DNA of 64,000 bases from Anaerolineae bacterium (GCA_040772005.1 JAXGYZ010000002.1:1-64000); one strand, 5' to 3'. Shown: positions 44,038-54,198, counted from the stretch's first letter. Made by a program: numbers and translations. Notes: generated from the letters alone by a model not told the origin.

Positions 44038-45198
44038 GTGTGTTTCATGCGTGAGTTCATCGACGGCGCGACCGCCATCGCCCGCGGCGCGCTGGATGCG
44101 GGCTGTGACTTCTTCGCCGGCTACCCCATCTCCCCGGCCACCCCCTTGCTGCTCCACATGCTACGCGAGCTGCCCAAGTGTGGCGGTATTGCGATCCAGG
44201 CCGAAGATGAGATTGGCGCCCTCAGCATGTGCATCGGCGCGGCCATGACCGGCAGGCGCGTGCTGACGGCCACCTCCGGGCCGGGCATCAGCCTCTACAG
44301 CGAGAACATTGGCCTCGCCATCATGGGCGAAGCGCCGCTCGTCATCGTGGATGCGCAGCGCATGGGACCTGCGACCGGCGGCGCGACCACGCCGGGCCAG
44401 GGGGATGTCCAGTTCGTCCGCTGGGGCACATCCGGCGGCTTCCCCATCATCGCGCTGGCTCCCTCCAATGTTGCGGAGTGCTACAGCCTGACCCGCCGCG
44501 CGTTCGACCTGGCCGAACGCTTCCGCTGCCCCGTCTTCCTGCTGACCGACAAGGAGATCTTCCAGTCCATGCACACGGTCGAGGTGGACGCGTACGAGCA
44601 GCCGCCCGTGCGCAGCCGCAGGCTGGCTCCCGCGGATGAACCTTTCGTGCCCTATCGTTTCGAGCCGCTGGCGGCCACGCCGCCCTTCAGCCCCATCGGC
44701 GGCGAGCACATCACCCGCTTCACCGGCTCCAGCCACGACGAGCAGGGCTTCCTGACGAAGGACCCGGCCAGAGTCGGGCGTCTGAACGAGCATCTGCGGC
44801 GCAAGATCGAAGACCACCGGGACGAAATCGAACTTGTGCACACCGACCTGGCACCAGAAGCCGCAACCTTGTGCATCGCCTACGGCATCACGGCCCGCGG
44901 CCAGGCGGCGGCAGTCCGGGAGGCGCGCGCGGCAGGCCGGGCGGTCTCCGCGCTGACGCCCCAGACGCTCTGGCCCGTGCCTGAAGCAGCCATCCTGGCC
45001 GCAGTCACGGAGATGCAGGCAACGCTCCGCCGGATTGTCGTCGCAGAGTTGAACCTGGGCGAGTATCACCGGGAGATCGAGCGCATCGTGTACCGGTGGG
45101 CCGCACAAGGCCGCCACATTGCGCCGGAGATCGTGGGCATCAACCGGGTGGACGGCGAACTCATCACGCCGGGCCAATTCCTGGAGGCCATATGCTAG
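44038..45198 (+). CDS. korA: 2-oxoacid:ferredoxin oxidoreductase, alpha subunit (KorA/PorA-like)
   Basis: MREFIDGATAIARGALDAGCDFFAGYPISPATPLL and the conserved domains that follow. Confidence 0.8.
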   Translation: MCFMREFIDGATAIARGALDAGCDFFAGYPISPATPLLLHMLRELPKCGGIAIQAEDEIGALSMCIGAAMTGRRVLTATSGPGISLYSENIGLAIMGEAPLVIVDAQRMGPATGGATTPGQGDVQFVRWGTSGGFPIIALAPSNVAECYSLTRRAFDLAERFRCPVFLLTDKEIFQSMHTVEVDAYEQPPVRSRRLAPADEPFVPYRFEPLAATPPFSPIGGEHITRFTGSSHDEQGFLTKDPARVGRLNEHLRRKIEDHRDEIELVHTDLAPEAATLCIAYGITARGQAAAVREARAAGRAVSALTPQTLWPVPEAAILAAVTEMQATLRRIVVAELNLGEYHREIERIVYRWAAQGRHIAPEIVGINRVDGELITPGQFLEAIC

Positions 45199-46505
45199 AG
45201 ACTTATCGCAACGCGCGTGCGTATCCCTTCTGTCCCGGCTGCGGCCACAGCCTGATCCTCAACCACCTGAACACGGCCCTGGTCAAGCTCGGCCTGCCCC
45301 CGCAGCGGGTCGTCATCGTGACCGATATCGGCTGCCAGGGGTTGGGCGACCAATACTTCGTCACCCATGCGTTTCACGGCCTGCACGGGCGCAGCGTGGC
45401 CTATGCGACCGGCATCAAGCTGGCCGACCCAGACCTGAAGGTCATCGTGCTCATCGGTGACGGCGGCGTCGGCATCGGCGCGACCCACTGGCTCAACGCC
45501 GCGCGACGCAACATCGGCCTGACCGTGCTGGTGATGAACAACTTCAACTTCGGCATGACGGGCGGCGAGCACAGCGTGACCACGCCCACGGGCGGCATCA
45601 CGGCCACGACACGCGGGGGCAACCTGGAGCGGCCGCTCGACCTCTGCGCGACGGCTGCGGCCAACGGCGCGGGGTTCGCCTGGCGCGGGACGGCATTCGA
45701 CCGGGAGCTGCCCGATGTCATCGTCGACGCGGTGCAGAGCGAGTGCTTCGCGCTGCTGGATATCTGGGAGTTGTGTACGGCCTACTATGTGCCCAACAAC
45801 ACCTGGTCGCGCAAGGCGCTGCTCGACACGCGCGAGGCGCTGGGCATACCCGCGGGCCTGGTACACCGGGAAGAACGACCGGAGTATGCCCGCGCGCTCA
45901 GCGCGGCTGGCGCAGGCCAGCGCGGCAAGCCCGCCTTGCGCCCCACAGCCCTGCCGCCGCAGTTCACGTCACCGCTCGACCGCGAGTTCAGGCTCGTCGT
46001 CGCCGGCTCCGCGGGCGGCAAGGTGCGCTCCTCTGCGCGCACCATCGGGGAGGCCGCGATCCTCTCCGGCCTGTGGGCCGCGCAGCAGGACGACTACCCC
46101 GTGACCGTGCAGACCGGCCACAGCATCAGCGAGCTCATCTTCAGCCCGCGCGAGATCCTGTTCACCGGTGTCACCCGGCCCGATGCGCTGGTGCTCGTGA
46201 CGGAGGATGGCTGCAAGGCTGCCGCGCGCTATCTGCGCGACCTGACAGCGGAGAGCTGGCTGTTCACGACGCCGGAGTTTGCCGGGCTGGACACGCCCGC
46301 GCAGAAGGTCGTGATCGACTATGAGGCATCAGGCGTCAAGGGAAGCAAGAAGAATCTGGGCCTGCTGGTGAGCGCTGCGGCCCTGCGCAGGCTCAAGCTC
46401 TTTCCCATCGAGGCGCTCGAAACCGCCATCCGCCGCAGCCAGCGAGGAGATGTTGCCGTAGAAAATCTCGCGGCAGTGGCCGCGAGTGCACCGGCCCTCG
46501 CGTGA
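45192..46505 (+). CDS. korB: 2-oxoacid:ferredoxin oxidoreductase, beta (TPP-binding) subunit with a fused gamma-like C-terminal domain
   Basis: YPFCPGCGHSLIL, GDGGVGIGATHWLNAARRNIGLTVLVMNNFNFGMTGG (TPP-binding). C-terminal roughly 190 aa resemble the gamma/catalytic domain. ATG 45192 overlaps the korA stop. Confidence 0.75.
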   Translation: MLETYRNARAYPFCPGCGHSLILNHLNTALVKLGLPPQRVVIVTDIGCQGLGDQYFVTHAFHGLHGRSVAYATGIKLADPDLKVIVLIGDGGVGIGATHWLNAARRNIGLTVLVMNNFNFGMTGGEHSVTTPTGGITATTRGGNLERPLDLCATAAANGAGFAWRGTAFDRELPDVIVDAVQSECFALLDIWELCTAYYVPNNTWSRKALLDTREALGIPAGLVHREERPEYARALSAAGAGQRGKPALRPTALPPQFTSPLDREFRLVVAGSAGGKVRSSARTIGEAAILSGLWAAQQDDYPVTVQTGHSISELIFSPREILFTGVTRPDALVLVTEDGCKAAARYLRDLTAESWLFTTPEFAGLDTPAQKVVIDYEASGVKGSKKNLGLLVSAAALRRLKLFPIEALETAIRRSQRGDVAVENLAAVAASAPALA

Positions 46506-46648
46506 GACAGACCTTCGAGGTACGCAAGCAGCCCATCGGCGGCGGCGACCTCGAAGGTCTATAAGCCTGCTCGTAGCATAGCCCCTTATGAGCGTATTCA
46601 CGGGCACAAGGCGCTGCGCTACCCCTTTCGGATACCCTATAGACACTC

Positions 46649-46879
46649 CTACGACGTGATCGCCAGACAGGTGAGGGTGTCAGTAACGCCCGGCTGGCAG
46701 CGAATGGTTTCGGACACCAACGTGCCGAGAGCCTCGAGCGTCGGCGCCTCGACTTCCACGATGACATCATACGGGCCAAACGTGAAATCAGCGCGGAGCA
46801 CGCCCTGCGCATCCTGAAGCGACCTTATCACACTATACTCTTCTCCGGTGCGGACGTGGGTCAGGACATAGGCTCGCAT
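46649..46879 (-). CDS. Stand-alone Lrp/AsnC-type RAM (ligand-binding) domain protein
   Basis: 76 aa with the beta-alpha-beta-beta-alpha-beta RAM pattern (YVLTHVRTGEEYSVIRSLQDAQGVLRADFTFGPYDVIVEVEAPTLEAL). GGGAGGGAAC SD. Confidence 0.5.
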   Translation of the reverse strand: MRAYVLTHVRTGEEYSVIRSLQDAQGVLRADFTFGPYDVIVEVEAPTLEALGTLVSETIRCQPGVTDTLTCLAITS

Positions 46880-46889
46880 GGTTCCCTCC

Positions 46890-48350
46890 CTTGAAAATGT
46901 CCCGTTACCCGGCCGGGGCAGCGCACGGCGCCAGTTCGACCCGATAGCCGAGCTTCTCGAGACGGCGCACGGCTCGGCGTTTCACCGCCTCACGGTCCCG
47001 CTCATCGAAGTAGTTGCCACCCAGGTCTTCATAGGCCGTCTGCCGAGTAATCAGGTGATAACCTGTGACCAGTAAACTGTGCCCGACGGCGACCGCTGCC
47101 CGTTGTGTGCCTCGCCGGGCTGCCAGGCGGCGATAGAGCGCCTGGAAGTACTTGTGCTTGGTGTGGGCTGCGCCGTGGGCCGCTTCAATCAGTGCCCGCC
47201 GCAGCCACGGACTGCCTTTGCGCGTGCGGCCACTCTTGCGTTTGCCTGCACTCTCGTGGTTGCCCGGACACATACCGGCCCAGGAAGCCAGGTGGTCGGC
47301 ATCTTCGAAAGGCGCCAGATCCGCACCAATCTCGGCGACGATGATCTCGGCAATGCGCTGGTTAATGCCCGGCAAGGCATCCCACGTCGCTAAGGCCGCC
47401 GCAAAAGGGCGCATCTGCTCCGCAATCTGCTGGTCCAGTTGCGCCATCGCCTCGTCGAGAAAGTCGATGTGACTCAGATGCTGCGCCAACATAAAGCGAT
47501 GATGTGGCCGCACGCGCCCGCTCAACGCCTTCACGAGCAAGTCCTGCTTGTCGCGCAACCGCCCTTTGGCTAAGGCGGCCAACGTGGCGGCGTCCGTTTG
47601 GCCCTCGACTAACTCGGCCAGGATGGCGCGGCCACTCACCCCCATCACATCGCTGGCGACACTCGCCAACTTGATGTTGGCGTCTTCCAGTACCTTCTGC
47701 ACCCGATTGACTTCGCTCTTGCGTTCATCCCCCAACTTCGTGCGATAGCGGGTCAGATCCCGCAGTTCTCGCAAAACCTCCGAGGGGATGAAGCTGCCTT
47801 TGAGCAAGCCATGCCGCAAGAGGTCGGCGATCCATTCGGCGTCCTGCACGTCCGTCTTACGCCCCGCCAACGCTTTGATGCGTTCGGCGTTGACCACCAG
47901 GATGGCGAACCGGTCATCCAGCAGGTTGTATACGGGCTTCCAGTACACCCCCGTGCTCTCCATCGCCACATGGCTGACACCCAGACCGGCCAACCAATCC
48001 GCTAAAGCCTCCAGATGCACCGTCATCGTCGCAAAGGTGCGGGTTTCCTTGAGCGGCTGACCGTCTGGCCCCGGCACGATCACACAGGCCACTACGGTCT
48101 GCTTGTGGACGTCGATCCCGCAACAACGCTCGTAGACCACTTGCATGACTCACCTCCGCTGCTTGCGCTCGCCCCAGCGGAGTGCCTGATGAACGAAGAT
48201 TCTCCCTTGCGTGCTCTCCCCTGGCGGGGGGCAACAGTCAACGGTGCCTGCAGGCACTCATGTCAAACTCCTGACGGGCTCGTGGCACCAAACCAACCAT
48301 CCGACTTCTCACCGGGGCGGCACTCTATTCTACCCATTTTCATCCGCAAC
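46890..48350 (-). mobile_element. IS110-family insertion sequence (ends approximate; the family lacks clear terminal inverted repeats)
   Basis: Contains the IS110-type transposase gene plus about 200 bp of upstream leader. Boundaries are inferred from neighbouring gene ends. Confidence 0.55.
46905..48146 (-). CDS. IS110-family transposase (DEDD N-terminal domain plus IS116/IS110/IS902 C-terminal domain)
   Basis: MQVVYERCCGIDVHKQTVVACV...VAMESTGVYWKPVYNLL plus the C-terminal HTH/transposase_20 region. Confidence 0.85.
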   Translation of the reverse strand: MQVVYERCCGIDVHKQTVVACVIVPGPDGQPLKETRTFATMTVHLEALADWLAGLGVSHVAMESTGVYWKPVYNLLDDRFAILVVNAERIKALAGRKTDVQDAEWIADLLRHGLLKGSFIPSEVLRELRDLTRYRTKLGDERKSEVNRVQKVLEDANIKLASVASDVMGVSGRAILAELVEGQTDAATLAALAKGRLRDKQDLLVKALSGRVRPHHRFMLAQHLSHIDFLDEAMAQLDQQIAEQMRPFAAALATWDALPGINQRIAEIIVAEIGADLAPFEDADHLASWAGMCPGNHESAGKRKSGRTRKGSPWLRRALIEAAHGAAHTKHKYFQALYRRLAARRGTQRAAVAVGHSLLVTGYHLITRQTAYEDLGGNYFDERDREAVKRRAVRRLEKLGYRVELAPCAAPAG

Positions 48351-48534
48351 GGTGAGCCGTGGCTCATAGACAACTCCTTCGAAAGAGCGAAATGGCTTTG
48401 CGAACATCGACAATACGGTCTTGCGCGACAACGAATGGACCGGGAACGCACGACGACGACTTTGCGGTAATCATACCACGGTTTTCTGAGGTTTGTACCC
48501 GGCAATATGGAAATCTGCGCGGGTGAATCCATTC

Positions 48535-49725
48535 CTACAGCGGGCCGGCGGGCACGCGGCCGGCCTTGATGGCCTGGACCTGCTCGGAGGTGAAGGGGGG
48601 GTCGAACAGCGTGGCGTCGAGGTGATAAGCGCGGAACAGGTCCGCGATGAAGTGCATCCGGTCGGGCAGCCGACCCCAGTCCAGCGCGCCCGTGCCCGCA
48701 GTACTGTCGGGCGTCGGGTCGACCTGTTTCAGCAAGGCAGCCAGCTCTGCCAGCACGATCTGTTGCAGCGGCAGAGGGAACTGTGCCTGTAAGTCCTGAC
48801 CCAGGCGCAGCAGCCGGCCTCCTGCCAGCCGCAGGGTCATCAGGTGTTCGGTGATGACCAGGTGGCCGAGCCGCTGGAGTTCCTCCGCCAGCCGGTCGCG
48901 TGCCTGCAGCAGAGACCGGGCGCGGCCTGCCAGCCGCAGCACGAACAGGCGGAGCCGCGCGGCCGGGTTGGGAAACAGCTCGTCCAGCAGCCGCCGGCGC
49001 AGTGCAGCCGGGTCGTAGACGGGCGCATTCATCGCCGCCACAATTTCCGGCTGCAGCCGCGTCTGCTCGTGGAAGCCGATTTCCAGGTTGGCGAGCAGCA
49101 ACAGCTCCGCCCGGACCTTGGCATCCGGCTCGGCCAGGCCGCGGTGATAGTGCGTGAACGACCGCTTCAGCCAGTCCTGGCCGTCGGGCGGCTCGCCGGG
49201 CCGCAGCTCGCTACAGAAGGCGGCCAGCGCATCCGCATCCGGCATACCCGCCTCGAACAGCGCCAGAAAGCGCGCAAAATCGTAGCCGATCTCCGCGAAC
49301 ACCTTGACGTTGCCCGCCGCGACGGCCTCGCTGGTGCGCTGGAACGCGGCCGCAGGGTTGAGCGCTTGCCACAGCGCGGACAACGCACCGCCCAGGCTGC
49401 GCGTCCCTCCCCCGGTGACAGGCGCACCCGTGGCGGCCAATTCCTGCGTGGCCTCAATCGCAGCCGCTGCTGCGGGAGCCGACCCGCGCAACAGGTCCTG
49501 CAGGCTGCGCTGCAAGTCCTCCTTGCGGATGCTCTGCCCGGCCTGCTTCGATGCCCACGCCGCCACCGTACACCAGTTGGCGCCCGGCCCGGTCAGCTCC
49601 GCCAGCGCACAGGCCAGCTCGTGGTAGCACTGCGTGATGCGCAGATTGCGCACGACCGGGTCGGCCAGCGCCGCGATGGCCCTGACCTCGTCGGGCGTGG
49701 GGGGAGGGACGCGCAGAAGGGTCAT
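48535..49725 (-). CDS. Hypothetical protein, helical, with no family recognised
   Basis: 396-aa ORF with genome-typical codon usage, next to the IS110 copy. Confidence 0.45.
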   Translation of the reverse strand: MTLLRVPPPTPDEVRAIAALADPVVRNLRITQCYHELACALAELTGPGANWCTVAAWASKQAGQSIRKEDLQRSLQDLLRGSAPAAAAAIEATQELAATGAPVTGGGTRSLGGALSALWQALNPAAAFQRTSEAVAAGNVKVFAEIGYDFARFLALFEAGMPDADALAAFCSELRPGEPPDGQDWLKRSFTHYHRGLAEPDAKVRAELLLLANLEIGFHEQTRLQPEIVAAMNAPVYDPAALRRRLLDELFPNPAARLRLFVLRLAGRARSLLQARDRLAEELQRLGHLVITEHLMTLRLAGGRLLRLGQDLQAQFPLPLQQIVLAELAALLKQVDPTPDSTAGTGALDWGRLPDRMHFIADLFRAYHLDATLFDPPFTSEQVQAIKAGRVPAGPL

Positions 49726-49825
49726 GTTCCGGCTCTACCTACGGGCAACTTGGACTCGTCGGAAATAGCGCTCTTCACAGGGCAAAATCATCCTTCCGCA
49801 TGGTCCGTGTATTCCGCGGTTGCAC

Positions 49826-50800
49826 TTAACCCGCCAGCGCCTGTGCACGCTCGGCCAGGTACAGCTCGATCTCCGCGACCTCGGCGGTCGTGAGCGTCCA
49901 GTCGCCCGCGGGCACGATCTCCTCGATCTGCCGGGGTGCACGCGCGCCGACGATGGCAGAGGTGACCTCCGGGCGGCGCAGGACCCACGCAACGGCAAGC
50001 TGGCCGAGCGTGCGGCCGTTGCGCTCCGCGATGGGCCGCAGCTTCTCGATAAGCGCGAGGTTGGCGCTCAGTTCCGGCTCTTTGAAGCGGCCCGCGCGCT
50101 TGCGCCAGTCGTCATCGGGCAGCGCGGCGATCCTCTCTGCGGTGTACTTGCCGGTCAGCAGGCCCGACGCCATCGGGCTGTATGCGACCACGCCGATGTC
50201 GTTGGCCGCACAGTAGGCGAGCAGCTCCTGTTCCACCTTCCGTTCCAGCATGTGATACGGCGGCTGAAGCGACGCGACCGGGTGGATGGCCTGCGCGCGC
50301 TTGATCTGCGCCACGCTGAAGTTGGACACGCCTGCGTAGCGAATCTTGCCCTCTTCGACGAGCTTGGCAATCTCGGTCCAGCCTTCCTCGATGTCCGGGT
50401 CGGGGTTCGGCCAGTGGACCTGGTACAGGTCGATGACTTCCACGCCGAGCCGCTTGAGGCTATTCTCCGCCTCCTGGCGCACGCTCCAGGCCTTGAGCCG
50501 GTTGATGACCGAGCGCGTGCTGGGGTCGTCCCAGGCCAGGCCGCACTTCGTCGCGACGATGACGCTATCGCGGCGGCCCTTGATGGCCTTGCCGACCATC
50601 TCCTCCGAGTGACCGAGGCCGTACGCGGCCGCGGTGTCGATCCAGTTGATGCCCAGGTCGAGCCCGCGCTGGATCGCCGCGATCGAGGCATCGTCGTCCT
50701 GCGGCCCCCAGCCGAACGCCCACGGTCCGCCGACCGCCCACGCGCCGAACCCGACCGTGGTCAGGTGCAAGTCTGTGTAACCCAACTTCCGTGTCTGCAT
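49826..50800 (-). CDS. Aldo/keto reductase
   Basis: LHLTTVGFGAWAVGG, IDTAAAYGLGHSEEMVGKAIKG, and the AKR TIM-barrel motifs that follow. Start at MQTRKLGY. Confidence 0.8.
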   Translation of the reverse strand: MQTRKLGYTDLHLTTVGFGAWAVGGPWAFGWGPQDDDASIAAIQRGLDLGINWIDTAAAYGLGHSEEMVGKAIKGRRDSVIVATKCGLAWDDPSTRSVINRLKAWSVRQEAENSLKRLGVEVIDLYQVHWPNPDPDIEEGWTEIAKLVEEGKIRYAGVSNFSVAQIKRAQAIHPVASLQPPYHMLERKVEQELLAYCAANDIGVVAYSPMASGLLTGKYTAERIAALPDDDWRKRAGRFKEPELSANLALIEKLRPIAERNGRTLGQLAVAWVLRRPEVTSAIVGARAPRQIEEIVPAGDWTLTTAEVAEIELYLAERAQALAG

Positions 50801-50870
50801 GATGTCTCCAATCCCTTCCCATAGATTTTTGCAACGCAACTGATACAGGCGAACCTGCGGTTTGCCTGTA

Positions 50871-53147
50871 TCAGTTGCGCCGCCCCATCACATACGCGGT
50901 CACCGACCGCCACGCGACCGTCGCGCCCGTCAGGCTGCCGCGGTACAGGCGCTCGACCGCGGCAATCTCGTCCGCATCCAGCGCGGCCGCGAGGCGCTGC
51001 ACGTAGCTGGGCCGCTCACCCGTTGGCGTACCAGCGGCAGCCCCTGCCGCCGTAAACCAGCGATCCAGCAGCGCGGGGCCGATGCGCGCATCCGCGGTCG
51101 TCTCCACCGGCTCCACGCGCACGTCCGTCAGCCCTGCGGCCTCCCACAGCGCGGCCAGGTCCGCCGCCGTCCAGTTGACCAGCGGGTCCGCCGGGTCGGT
51201 GTAGATGGCTTCCTCTGCTGCGCGCACCTTTGCGGCCAGCGCCGCGTCCAGCCGCGCCAGGTCCACCAGCGCGTAGAGCCGCTGCGTCTCCCGCGGGACC
51301 GGCTCGGCCAGGCTGAGCGTGCCGCCCGCGGCCAGCAGGCCCGCCAGCACCCGCGCGACCGCCGCCTTGTCGGATGCAGCGGCCAGCGCGCTGCGGCCGA
51401 TGACCGCATCAAAGCGCACGCCTGCCTCGTCGCGCAATTCCAGCAGTTCCGGCAGTTCCTCGACGCGGCCCTGCAACACGACCGGCCGCTCGACCTGCGA
51501 GAGCCGTGCGACCATCTCGCGCAGCGCCGCGGCTTCGTCTGCGTTCGGGGTGAGCAGCCACGCGCCGCCCTCCGGCGCGCGGCGCAGCGCCTCCCAGGTC
51601 AGCAGGCCCGTGCCCGCATTGATGTCCAGCACGAGGCTGTGCCGCTGGAGCCGCGCGGCCTCGATGACCCGGTCGCGCAGGCTCGCCAGCCTATCCCCCG
51701 CGCCGCTGATCACCCGCGCCAGCCAGCGGTCGCGGTCCCCGGCCGCCAGGCTGCCGGTGAACGTCAATGCCTCGGTCGCGCCGAAGCCCTCCCCGCCCTC
51801 CAGCATCGCGGCCAATTGCGCCTCGCGGCGGCGCTCCACCTCGCCCTTGACACGCGCCTCGTAGCCCAGCCCGCCCGGCTGGTAGAACACGCGGCCCTGC
51901 AGTGCGTCGGGGAGATATTGCTGCGCGACCCAGTGATCGCGGTATGCGTGGGGATAAAGATAACCCTCACCGTGGCCGAAGCCCTCTTTGTCGCGGTTCG
52001 CGTCGCGCAGGTGCGCGGGGACCTCCGCCTCGCGCTCCTGCTCGACCACGCCGAGCGCATCGAAGAACGCAAAGCCGGAGTTGCTCTTGGGCGCGGTCGC
52101 CAGGTAGAGCGCGGCCTCGCCCAGGTGGAACCGGCCCTCCGGCATCCCCACGTAGTCGAACGCCTGGCTGCACGCCATGACGACCTGCAACGCGTGCGGG
52201 TCGGCCATGCCCACGTCCTCGCCCGCGAAGATGATCATGCGGCGGAAGATGAAGCGCGGGTCCTCCCCTGCATACACCATGCGCGCCATCCAATACAGCG
52301 CCGCGTCGGGATCCGACCCGCGCAGGCTCTTGATGAACGCGCTGATGGTGTCATAGTGAACGTCGCCCTCTTTGTCGTAGAGCACCGCGCGGCGCTGGAT
52401 GGACTCCTCCGCGACGGCCAGGTCGATGCGAATCACGCCGTCCGGGCCCGGCTCGGTCGTCTCGACGGCCAGCTCCAGCGCGTTGAGCACCCCGCGCGCA
52501 TCGCCGTTCGCTACATCCACCAGGTGCGCCAGCGCATCCTCGTCGAGCTGCACGTTGAGCTTGCCGTAGCCGCGCTCCGGGTCGGCCAGCGCCTGCCGCG
52601 CGACCGCGAACAGGTCCTCCTCGGTGAGCGGCTTGAGCTGGAAGATGCGGCTGCGGCTGACGAGGGCCTTGTTGACCTCAAAATAGGGGTTCTCCGTGGT
52701 CGCACCGATGAGGATAACCGTGCCGTTCTCGACCCACGGCAGCAGCGCGTCCTGCTGCGCCTTGTTGAAACGATGGACCTCGTCTACGAAGAGGATGGTG
52801 CGCTGGCCGAACTGGCCGCGGCGCTCCTGGGCCTCCGCGATGGCCTGGCGGATCTCGTTGACGCCGGCCAGTACCGCGTTGATGGCGATAAAGTGGCCGC
52901 GCGTGGTGTTGGCGATGATACGGGCCAGGGTCGTCTTGCCCGTGCCGGGCGGACCGTAAAAGATGACCGAGTTGAGCTGGTCCGCCTGGATGGCGCGGCG
53001 CAGCAGCCGGCCCGGCCCGACGATGTGGCCCTGGCCGATGAACTCATCCAGCGTGCGCGGCCGCATGCGCGCGGCGAGCGGCGCTTCCTTCTCGGTCAGC
53101 TCCGTGCGCCGTGCGGCAAAGAGGTCAGTCCCCGTCTTTTTGGGCAT
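50871..53147 (-). CDS. rarA: Replication-associated recombination protein A (RarA/MgsA AAA+ ATPase) fused to a roughly 310-aa C-terminal class I SAM-methyltransferase-like domain
   Basis: N-terminal 440 aa: [53 protein letters not shown], and the MgsA C-domain. The continuous ORF carries on with an MTase motif [14 protein letters not shown], then [14 protein letters not shown] and [10 protein letters not shown]. No stop or frameshift between the parts. Confidence 0.7.
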   Translation of the reverse strand: MPKKTGTDLFAARRTELTEKEAPLAARMRPRTLDEFIGQGHIVGPGRLLRRAIQADQLNSVIFYGPPGTGKTTLARIIANTTRGHFIAINAVLAGVNEIRQAIAEAQERRGQFGQRTILFVDEVHRFNKAQQDALLPWVENGTVILIGATTENPYFEVNKALVSRSRIFQLKPLTEEDLFAVARQALADPERGYGKLNVQLDEDALAHLVDVANGDARGVLNALELAVETTEPGPDGVIRIDLAVAEESIQRRAVLYDKEGDVHYDTISAFIKSLRGSDPDAALYWMARMVYAGEDPRFIFRRMIIFAGEDVGMADPHALQVVMACSQAFDYVGMPEGRFHLGEAALYLATAPKSNSGFAFFDALGVVEQEREAEVPAHLRDANRDKEGFGHGEGYLYPHAYRDHWVAQQYLPDALQGRVFYQPGGLGYEARVKGEVERRREAQLAAMLEGGEGFGATEALTFTGSLAAGDRDRWLARVISGAGDRLASLRDRVIEAARLQRHSLVLDINAGTGLLTWEALRRAPEGGAWLLTPNADEAAALREMVARLSQVERPVVLQGRVEELPELLELRDEAGVRFDAVIGRSALAAASDKAAVARVLAGLLAAGGTLSLAEPVPRETQRLYALVDLARLDAALAAKVRAAEEAIYTDPADPLVNWTAADLAALWEAAGLTDVRVEPVETTADARIGPALLDRWFTAAGAAAGTPTGERPSYVQRLAAALDADEIAAVERLYRGSLTGATVAWRSVTAYVMGRRN

Positions 53148-53182
53148 GGCGTGATTCTAGCACAAAGGCGTGAACTGGAGAA

Positions 53183-53250
53183 GGGGTGACAAGGTGACAA
53201 AGTGACAAGGTGACAAGGTAAAGGGGTGACGGGGTGATGGAGTAACACGG
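53183..53250. repeat. Octamer microsatellite (GGTGACAA-like, about 8 tandem units)
   Basis: GGGGTGACAAGGTGACAAAGTGACAAGGTGACAAGGTAAAGGGGTGACGGGGTGATGGAGTAAC, read directly. Confidence 0.8.
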
Positions 53251-53262
53251 TGCGAAGTGCGC

Positions 53263-53284
53263 ATCCTCAGATGCGCACGACATC
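53263..53284. repeat. REP-like hairpin, family B: GTGCGCATCCTCAGATGCGCAC
   Basis: Perfect palindrome. Same loop as 6115-6136. Confidence 0.6.
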
Positions 53285-53331
53285 TCGCCATCCTGAACCC
53301 CGTGGGACCACGGATACGATATAATGGGGCT

Positions 53332-53553
53332 ATGAAACCACCGACCGACTACCGAGCGCAGCGGCGCAGGAACGAGCGCAACCTGGCGTGGGCCGTGGTG
53401 CTGTTCCTCGTGGGCGGGGGAGGCGCGGCGATTGCGCTCGTCTACGGGCGGAGCGCGGCGCTGCTCGGCCTGACGTGCCTCCTGGCCGGCGCGGGGCTGT
53501 TCGGCCTCGTCTGGCTGATCCTCACCCTCATGGAGCGTTGGGCCAACCGGTGA
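53332..53553 (+). CDS. Small membrane protein (73 aa, two TM helices)
   Basis: TATAAT at 53317-53322 precedes it. Hydrophobic segments WAVVLFLVGGGGAAIALVY and LLGLTCLLAGAGLFGLVWLILTL. Confidence 0.45.
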   Translation: MKPPTDYRAQRRRNERNLAWAVVLFLVGGGGAAIALVYGRSAALLGLTCLLAGAGLFGLVWLILTLMERWANR

Positions 53554-53580
53554 CAGTTGAGCCACGAAGGCGCGAAGCAA

Positions 53581-53685
53581 AAACCCGTTTCCTCAGGTGA
53601 AGCGCAGCTTCACACGGAAACGGGTTTCTCTATACAAACAAAGAACCCTTTTGCGATCTTTGCGTCTTTGCGTGAGCAAGAACCG
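53581..53685. repeat. Composite repeat block: family C nested hairpin (AAACCCGTTTCC...GTGAAGC-gca-GCTTCAC...GGAAACGGGTTT, 53581-53636), then a TTTGCG-unit half element flanked by the direct repeat AAGAACC (53641-53685)
   Basis: Read directly. It sits between convergent genes and likely acts as a bidirectional terminator. Confidence 0.6.
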
Positions 53686-54030
53686 TCACCCGCCGGCGAG
53701 TTTGACCTTGTACCCCAGCGCAAACAGCTTTTCCGCGACCTTGTCGCGCTGGTCGCCCTGGATTTCGAGGTCGTCGCCCTTGATCGTGCCGCCCGCGCCG
53801 CAGTACGTCTTGAGCACGCCCAGCAATTCCTTGAGCGTGGCCGGATTGTGCTGCAAACCGTATACCACAGTGACGGTCTTGCCCGCACGGCCCTTGCGGT
53901 CACGCTTGACGTAGGCGGTCTGCTGCTTGACGGGCAGGTCAATCGTGTGGCAGACGCACGGATGCCGCCCGCAGCGCGGGCACTCCGGTGCAGTCTTAGG
54001 GTCGGTTGAATAGATGATGCGTGGCGGCAT
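53686..54030 (-). CDS. Translation initiation factor SUI1/eIF1-like (YciH family)
   Basis: C-terminal SUI1 fold motif RDRKGRAGKTVTVVYGL...TLKELLGVLKTYCGAGGTIKGDDLEIQGDQRDKVAEKL. Confidence 0.8.
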   Translation of the reverse strand: MPPRIIYSTDPKTAPECPRCGRHPCVCHTIDLPVKQQTAYVKRDRKGRAGKTVTVVYGLQHNPATLKELLGVLKTYCGAGGTIKGDDLEIQGDQRDKVAEKLFALGYKVKLAGG

Positions 54031-54060
54031 AGGACACTCGCTTCAAGGCAGGTGTTGGAT

Positions 54061-54102
54061 GGGTGCGTTTCACGTTGGGGGCGCGGCCAGTATGAAACGC
54101 GC
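54061..54102 (-). mobile_element. Internally deleted mini-copy of the MITE (TIR-to-TIR remnant of about 42 bp), flanked by the direct repeat GTGTTGGAT
   Basis: GGGTGCGTTTCACGTTGGGGGCGCGGCCAG joined directly to TATGAAACGCGCC, which is both TIR ends. A 9-bp flanking duplication is present. Confidence 0.6.
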
Positions 54103-54198
54103 CCGTGTTGGATTTGGCATGTTGGGACTTGGCTCGATTTGTGCTAAAATAAGGTATCGGGCTGCAAGTCCGGTACATATTATAGCGCAAACACATGG

